DNA of 64,000 bases from Octopus vulgaris (lineage: Eukaryota), in contig OX597816.1 in NCBI GenBank assembly GCA_951406725.2, positions 132,990,001 to 133,054,000 of the forward strand, given 5' to 3'. This document shows, one piece after another, positions 56,778 to 64,000 of this stretch. A model generated the notes under the pieces. It did not search any database. It was not told the DNA's origin and saw only the letters and a program-made list of their open reading frames with translations. The translations under genes and the position numbers were made by a program. The number at the start of each line of letters is the position of its first letter. Position 1 is the stretch's first letter.

Positions 56778-57580
56778 TATCATCATCATCATCACTTAAC
56801 ATTCGGTGTCCATGCTGGCATGGGTTGGATGGTTTGACCAGAGCTGGTAAGCTTGAAGGCTGCAACAGACTCCAGTCTGATTTGGTATGGTTTTCTACAG
56901 CTGGATGCTCTTTCTAATGCCAACCTCTCTGAGAGTGTAATATGTCCTTTTATGTGCCATCAGCATGGGTGCTATTTGCATGACACCGGTATCTGCCACA
57001 ACTACGATTTTGCTTGGCTTGATGGGTCTTGTTCTCAAGCACGACATAATGCCAAAGGTCTCAGTCATAGCCTCTGCGTGTCCCAATACTCGAAAGAAAC
57101 TCAGCCACTGAAAAGTCTCATCAGGCTGGGTAAAGTTCAGAGAGCTCCTACCTCTGCTGGTAACAAAGGGCCTCTCTCTCAGAGTGAAAGGCAGATTGTA
57201 TAATGCCTGTGGGTGAACAGCTATGCTACACAGCAGTGAAACATAAGCTGTGACAGTAGAGGACATGCATAGGCTTGAAAGAAATGAAGCCAATATGCTT
57301 CACTGGATATGCAATGTCAGTGTGCATGTTCGACAGAGTGTAAGCATCTTGAGAGAAAAGTTAGGCATAAGAGGCATCAGATGTGGTGTGAAAGAGAGAC
57401 AACTGCTCTGGTATGGTCATGTGATGCATATGTAAAGAAGTACCAATGTCCAACTGTGGAAGGAACCTGTGAGAGAGGTAGACCCAGGAAGACGTGGGAC
57501 GAAATGGTGAAGCATGATCTCCGAACTTTGAGCCTAACAGAGGCAATGGCTAGTGACCGAGACCTTTGGTGATATGCTCT
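56778..57580. mobile_element. RTE insertion with an inverted upstream segment
   Basis: Minus 56778-57078 is the ORF end, 3' UTR and (ATG)n; plus 57122-57580 is GWVKFRELL...WYGHV...RGRPRKTW...DRDLW. Confidence 0.85.
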
Positions 57581-58696
57581 ACACAGTTGTCCTCATCCAT
57601 ATGCATCTCTGTCTTGGTCAATGTAATGACTACATGCTATACACCTTCCTTCCAAGCACTGCTGTAAACAGTGAGCTAGAACATTAAAACTTAGTGCACA
57701 TGTACAGCAAAGTTCAAGGTCAATCTTTGCCAAGCAGCTTTACTCTTCAAGATTTAGCTTCTTTACTATGGCAACAATCCGGATACTTATTGATCAGACC
57801 TCATATAAGTGTGTGTGTGTGTGTGTATATGTGTGTCTGTGTGAGGAAGTATTAGAGCTGAAATTTAACAAGTGATTTTCATAAGATTTTGATCATTTTG
57901 TAAACCTTTTCATGCACTAGTAATTTCAGAAAATTAATAGAAAATATGTCAGCTTTAATACGTGTGCTAAGCATCATACAGCATGAGTGTATATTCACAA
58001 ATTAATATAAATATAAAAAAGCTTGCTTATCAGATAAACAGAACGTCATTGTTACATCAGGTTTATATGTATGATGTGAGGGAGATCAAAACTGGACAAA
58101 ATTATACTTATTTGGTCAGTAAAAGGTACATATGAGAGTAAAGATATTCCATGCTTCTGTTGTGTTAGAGAAAATTTTCTTCACAAATAAACACACCCAT
58201 ATCAGTTAAGATAATGTGTTAGAAATTAAAAGGGTTCACCATAATTAATGTAAGTAAAATAACAAGAGATAAAGAGAAAAATAAAATAACAAAGTAAAAA
58301 TAATATAAAAATATAAGCAAATATAAAGACATTATTTACCAACGTAATTAGCAAAGTCGTTAGGCAAGGGTAGAAAACAGCTGGTGATTTAAAAAATCAG
58401 CAGAATTCCTAGATGATTGCTTCAAAGACAGAGAGGTCTAGTGGAACTAATACCCAGAACTTGTGTTTGTCAGGAATGAACTTTTATAGGAAATCAAGTA
58501 AATCCCAAAACATTTTCAGAGGGAAGTGGAACTTACATGAATGTTACAGTATTATCAACTGTGCCTCAAATTGCTTTTCCCATAACAGTATAAAAGAAAC
58601 AAGTTGATCTGGTATAAACATGACATGTCATAAAACACACCTATATTGGCATACATGCATAGAAATAAACACACATGGGTGCACATATGAAAACGT

Positions 58697-58735
<39 letters not shown>

Positions 58736-58865
58736 AATATTATATATAGAGAGAGTGAGAGGGAATAGGAGGGGCAAACTGTACATAAATATACTTTGAA
58801 ATTCACACTCATATATACATATACATCTTATAAATATCTTCTACCTGTGCATGCCGAATTTTACA

Positions 58866-58900
<35 letters not shown>

Positions 58901-59172
58901 TGTGTGCGTGTGAGTGTGTGTGTGTGAGTGTGTGTGTGTGTGTGCATTTAATGCATTTAATGTATTTTGCATGACCAATTTGGTGTTTTATGGCAGAATT
59001 CTTTACACAGAAACTGAAAGAAGCCTACTGTACACACACACAAACACACACACACACATGTGAAAATGTCAAACAATGAAGACAATCACCATTCCACCTG
59101 TGACCAGCTTGAAAATTGGTAAAGTTATTAAGATATTTTTCTTAACATGAAACCAGTAGCCTTAATACACAA

Positions 59173-59247
<75 letters not shown>

Positions 59248-59275
59248 ATATGTATATGTATATATATAGAGAGAG

Positions 59276-59513
59276 ATTAGAAAAAAAACACCTTTTTTCA
59301 ATTCAAAATGAACAATTGAATTACACCATCTAGAAAATGACATATAATAGAAATATTAAAAAATAAAATAACAATAATATACCGATGATTAAGTAAATTG
59401 CAAAATGATAAATAAAGCGTATATATTTATTTGATATTTCTATTATATGTAATTTTCTAGATGGTGTAATTTAATTGTTCATTTTGAATTGATAAAAGGT
59501 GTTTTTTTCTAAT
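59276..59513. repeat. AT-rich inverted repeat (~90-bp arms, ~60-bp spacer) in (TA)n
   Basis: attagaaaaaaaacacctttt...ctagaaaatgacatataatagaaatat mirrored at 59424-59513. Confidence 0.85.
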
Positions 59514-59630
59514 TTTTATATATATATATATATTATATTTTGTGAAATTTGATTTAGTATTTCTAAATTGAATTTTTCCGTGTAAGTTAGGAATAATATT
59601 CCCTCAAATTTTTATTATTATTATATATAT

Positions 59631-59690
<60 letters not shown>

Positions 59691-59712
59691 ACATATATAT
59701 ATATATATATAT

Positions 59713-59880
59713 ATTAGGTCATCCCATAAATAATTAATATGGTTTATTTTAATTGCATGAACTAAAATTCGGAGGGGTATGGGATAAACTACCTGCATCA
59801 ACTTGCTATAAAAGCAGGTAGTAATTTTACCATGTACTTATTCTTAGTACAAGTTTTGAAGAGTGTGGTTTGATTTATAT
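59713..59880 (+). mobile_element. Possible mariner 5' terminal fragment
   Basis: TA|ttaggtcatcccataaataa resembles a mariner TIR; no partner end seen. Confidence 0.35.
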
Positions 59881-60649
59881 ATATAATCAAAATAAGTAAC
59901 AAGGATATTCAAAGGTAGTGTAGTACAATTGTTTCATGCTACTTCATTTAATTAAACAATGTAAGTATTACATCAGTTTTAAAATGTAGAGCATTCTTCA
60001 TGGAAGTTTTTAATTAAATTGACAATGTTCATTTTTGTACTTATTCCATTTGCCAACATTACAAGGAGGGTAGGTATATAGACAGAGAGGTGAATTTTAT
60101 CAGTAAAAACATGGTAGTAGAAGATCTTTACTCATGGGCAGATTTTTTATCACTGAGTTCACTTTGTTATTTAGATTTACCAATGGGGAGGGGGTTTTCT
60201 ATTAAGTTCAGTGGAGACAATCAAGAATTTTTCTATTTATAGATAGAGGAAGGAGCAGTTTAAATGGCAGAGCCATAAATCCAACCCTTTTATGAGGAAT
60301 TTAACTTTGGTACATTTGAATGTATTTTAGGAAATATCACTATGAGTGGAAACAAGTGAGACTTGGTGACAGTGGAGCATTTGATTGTAGAAAATCTTCA
60401 TCAAATTTTATCTGACCAATGCAAGCCTAGAAAAGTGGGCATTGAAATATACGATAATGCCCTGTTCCTCTGATCAATAACCTGAGTGCATTTAGCTTTT
60501 ATAATACATTTTATGTTTGATATTTACAGTTGATTTTATGTATTTTATTTATTGTTTGAACTTGTTTCTGTATTGCTGTGTTGTTTGGTTTATTAAATTA
60601 TTGAATTATTTATACAACTGTTATTGATTATGATTGGTTTACTTTTAAC

Positions 60650-61345
60650 TTTTATCTTTTTACTTGTTTCAGCCATTCAACTGTGGCTATGCTGGGGTGC
60701 TACTTTGGAGGGTTTTTATTGAACAAATTGACCCTAGTAATTAATTTTATATTTCTAAGTCTGGTACTTATTCTATAAATCGCTTTTGCAAAACTTTTAA
60801 GTTACAGGAATATGAACAAACCAACAGCAATTGTTAAGCAATTGTGGGGAAACAAAGACAATCATAAACATGTGCATACATTCATACATACATACATACA
60901 TACATACATACATACATACATACATACATACATACATACATACATACATACATGTGTGTATCATCATCATTTAACATCCATTGTCCTTGCTGGTATTGGT
61001 TGGATGGTATATAGGCATATAAAGGTGGGAAGATGGCAGAAACCTTAGCATGCCGAGCGAAATGCGTAGCCGTATTTCGTCTGCCGGGGTCGATAAATTA
61101 AGTACCAGTTACGCACTGGGGTCGATGTAATCGACTTAATCTGTTTGTCCCCTCTATGTTTAGCCCCTTGTGGATAATAAAGAAATAGGTATATAGGCAT
61201 ACACACAACAGGCTTCCACACAGTTTCTATCGAATTAATTAACTCATAAGGCATTGGTTGGCCTAGGACTGTGGAAGAAATCATTTACTCAAGGTGTTGT
61301 GCAGTAGAACTGAACCACAAGATTGCAACTCAAGTCATGAGCATC
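60650..61345. mobile_element. Family A SINE (minus) interrupted by an RTE-tail piece and a family C SINE piece
   Basis: Family A tail at 60650-60860 and head at 61190-61345; ggggtcgataaattaagtaccag at ~61086. Confidence 0.65.
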
Positions 61346-61479
61346 TAAATCAAAAATACCTGCCACCAGGTATGTATTATTATTATTATTTTTTTTTTTT
61401 GGCTTCTGTTGCATCAAGGGGAAATTTAAAAGTTCTTCTGAGTAGGAAAAGCATGAAACTTGCATAACTTAACGACTCT

Positions 61480-61930
61480 AACTGTTACCATTGAACATAC
61501 AATACTGTACAGATTCAAACTGACCGACCATGCAACCAGAGCAAGGAGCCATTGCAATGTATAGTATTATATAACATAATTCAACTAGTATTATATAACA
61601 TAATTCAACTATCTCATACAGAAAATAGAAAATTGGTCACGAAAGCTATATTAATAGAAAAATATGATGTAAATCTCAACACACAGATGGAGCACCCTAG
61701 CAACAAACTAATTCCAGACACCATGGATAAAACTGTTTCCTGATTGCTGAAATAATCCTGACGTCAGCAGCGAGCAAATTTAAAATCCCGTGCTAATGAA
61801 GGAGAAACAGATGCAAAATTCATATTTTCTCTGTTAGTGATAAATCAACAGTGACAACTACCACTAACATCATTTCATTTGGATGATGAATTCTGGAATG
61901 TCTTGAAATGTCGTTGAACCTTGGAAGTTT
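61480..61930 (+). mobile_element. Possible PLE GIY-YIG C-terminal relic
   Basis: TDHATRARSH...RKLVTKAILIEKYDVNLNTQ loosely matches the PLE endonuclease tail; 24-bp tandem duplication at ~61562-61610. Confidence 0.35.
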
Positions 61931-62040
61931 ATTGCTTTATTGTGTCAATCATATCATAAGGAACTGGAAAAATCATTAATACGAATGTCAAGACTAGTCG
62001 AGTTGCGTTTTTATTAACTCATTCACACACGCACGCACGC

Positions 62041-62073
<33 letters not shown>

Positions 62074-62166
62074 TGCACACTCACACACATTTACTGTATA
62101 TATAGGGTTAATAAATACAAACACATGCATGCATGCACACACACACATATGTAAGTGTATGTGTAT

Positions 62167-62326
<160 letters not shown>

Positions 62327-63299
62327 TTAGATAGATAGATAGATTGACAGAAAGGTAAGTAGATAGATACTTGCATACATACATACATACATACATACAT
62401 ACATACATACATACATACATACATACATACATACATACATACATACATGCATACATACAAACATACATATATATATATGTACATACATAATAGCTGTCCA
62501 CTCTTCACTGAGGAAGACCATTTTGGACCATTAAGAACATTGTGCTCTCAGGCAAATTCATACTTTACACTTGTGGCTCTGCTAGTAACTAATGATTTCA
62601 GCTCTTGATAAACATAAATGACTGGAGATATCATTGTCTAAGCTTCTCCCATTCACTACACTGGCAGTGAATTTTCAAGTAACTCACTTAAATTCCACAT
62701 AGAAAATGCATGTTTATTTAAAAATACCCACACTTTGCTTTACTTGTGTCATCTATTGGTGGCAATGACAAGCATTGCTTTCCAAGTTGACCTCACATTT
62801 GAGACATGCTTCCAAAAGGAATTTACACAATCCTCAATTCATAGTCTTGGGTTTTTGCAGGCTGATCTTTTCATAAACAACTCACCATCAATTGCGAGAA
62901 GACATAAGTCATCTTCCAACCATCACCAGTTGAGACAATTATTTAAGTGGAATATTTTTAACACTTATATGTGTAAACAGAAGCACACACACACATGCAA
63001 ACACACACACACACTCACACACATATATACTTACATATACAGTAAGAGTGACAACAAGAGTGATACATAAATATGTAAAGAAATATGACAAATTTTGATA
63101 GATTTAGCTGGATACTTATATAGTAACAGCTAAAGAGAAAAATTAAAAAGTGTGTGCGCGCACATGTGTGTACATGTATGAATAATATACTTAAAACTAA
63201 TATTTTGTAGAGTATAGGTTTTCTGTGTGTGTTCTCTTGTCTTCAACCCTTAACTCCTGATGGAGTCATATGGTTACTGTAGTGACATAATATACACGA

Positions 63300-63690
63300 G
63301 GTTTCTTCATCTGTTGAAGCTATGTATGAGAACTTGAGCATTCACTAACAATTTTTGTGTCCATTCTTTCACATTGTTCATTTTTTCCTCCTTGTGTTTC
63401 CTTCATTTCACATCCCCAGTTCCTTGAGGAATTTCTTTTCTTTTTGTATGACCACTGGATCTTGTTATATAACCATACTATCTCGTCTTTGTTTTCTTCC
63501 CTATTGTGAAAGCTTCAGTGATAGTAGTGAGTCCAGCATGATGCTGGATAATTTCATAAGCCCATTCATTTGAGATGTCTTCTAAGTACAAGATGCCTAA
63601 GCCAGAGCAGCACCAACTCCGTTCCATTGCCAGTAACTTTCTCTAAATCTTTGCCATGTGAGTCCATGTCTCACATGTGTACTCTTCCTC
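63300..63690 (-). pseudogene. Old RTE/BovB-like LINE C-terminal relic
   Basis: Minus strand YTCETWT...RKLLAMER...ISNEW...IPQGT...NNVKEWT. Confidence 0.55.
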
Positions 63691-64000
63691 TTTCTGCCCT
63701 CGTTTTGAAATTGATTATCTGTTTTATAGTTGAGTGATAGATAAAATAAATACCAGTCACATATTGGTTTCAAACTTTGGTATAAGGCCAGCAATTTAGA
63801 AGGAGGGGACCTCAGTGTTCAACTGGTACTTATTTTATCGACTCAGCAGAATTTGAACTCAGAACACAAAGATAGAAGAAAAGCCACTAGACATTTTGTC
63901 CAGTGTGCTAATGATTCTGCCTGCTCACCGCCTTAATTACCAGTTATATATTAAGGTTGATGCAATTCCCTTTGCTCTTCTGTGCTAACATTGTTACAGC

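Overview
AT-rich, microsatellite-saturated metazoan non-coding DNA (intron or intergenic). The repeat repertoire looks like an octopus/cephalopod genome; this is an inference from repeat style only. I could not support any host gene exon, and almost all short ORFs in the track are (TA)n/(CA)n/(TATC)n/(TATG)n translation artefacts. The real content is mobile elements: one young 5'-truncated RTE LINE with an uninterrupted ~770-codon RT ORF carrying a PHD-type finger, several decayed RTE copies and RTE-tail short elements, three RLE-type (R4/Dong-like) LINE relics, a CR1-group 3' end, Tc1/mariner relics and a MITE, a non-autonomous Helitron, three SINE families and Penelope-like (PLE) remnants. 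The most notable signal is seven minimal type I hammerhead-ribozyme-like motifs from four families, six of them clustered at 53.5-56.8 kb. They include a mirror-image pair with a swapped G3-C8 core inside a 137-bp-arm palindrome, and a family with U at core position 6. Coordinates of decayed elements are approximate.
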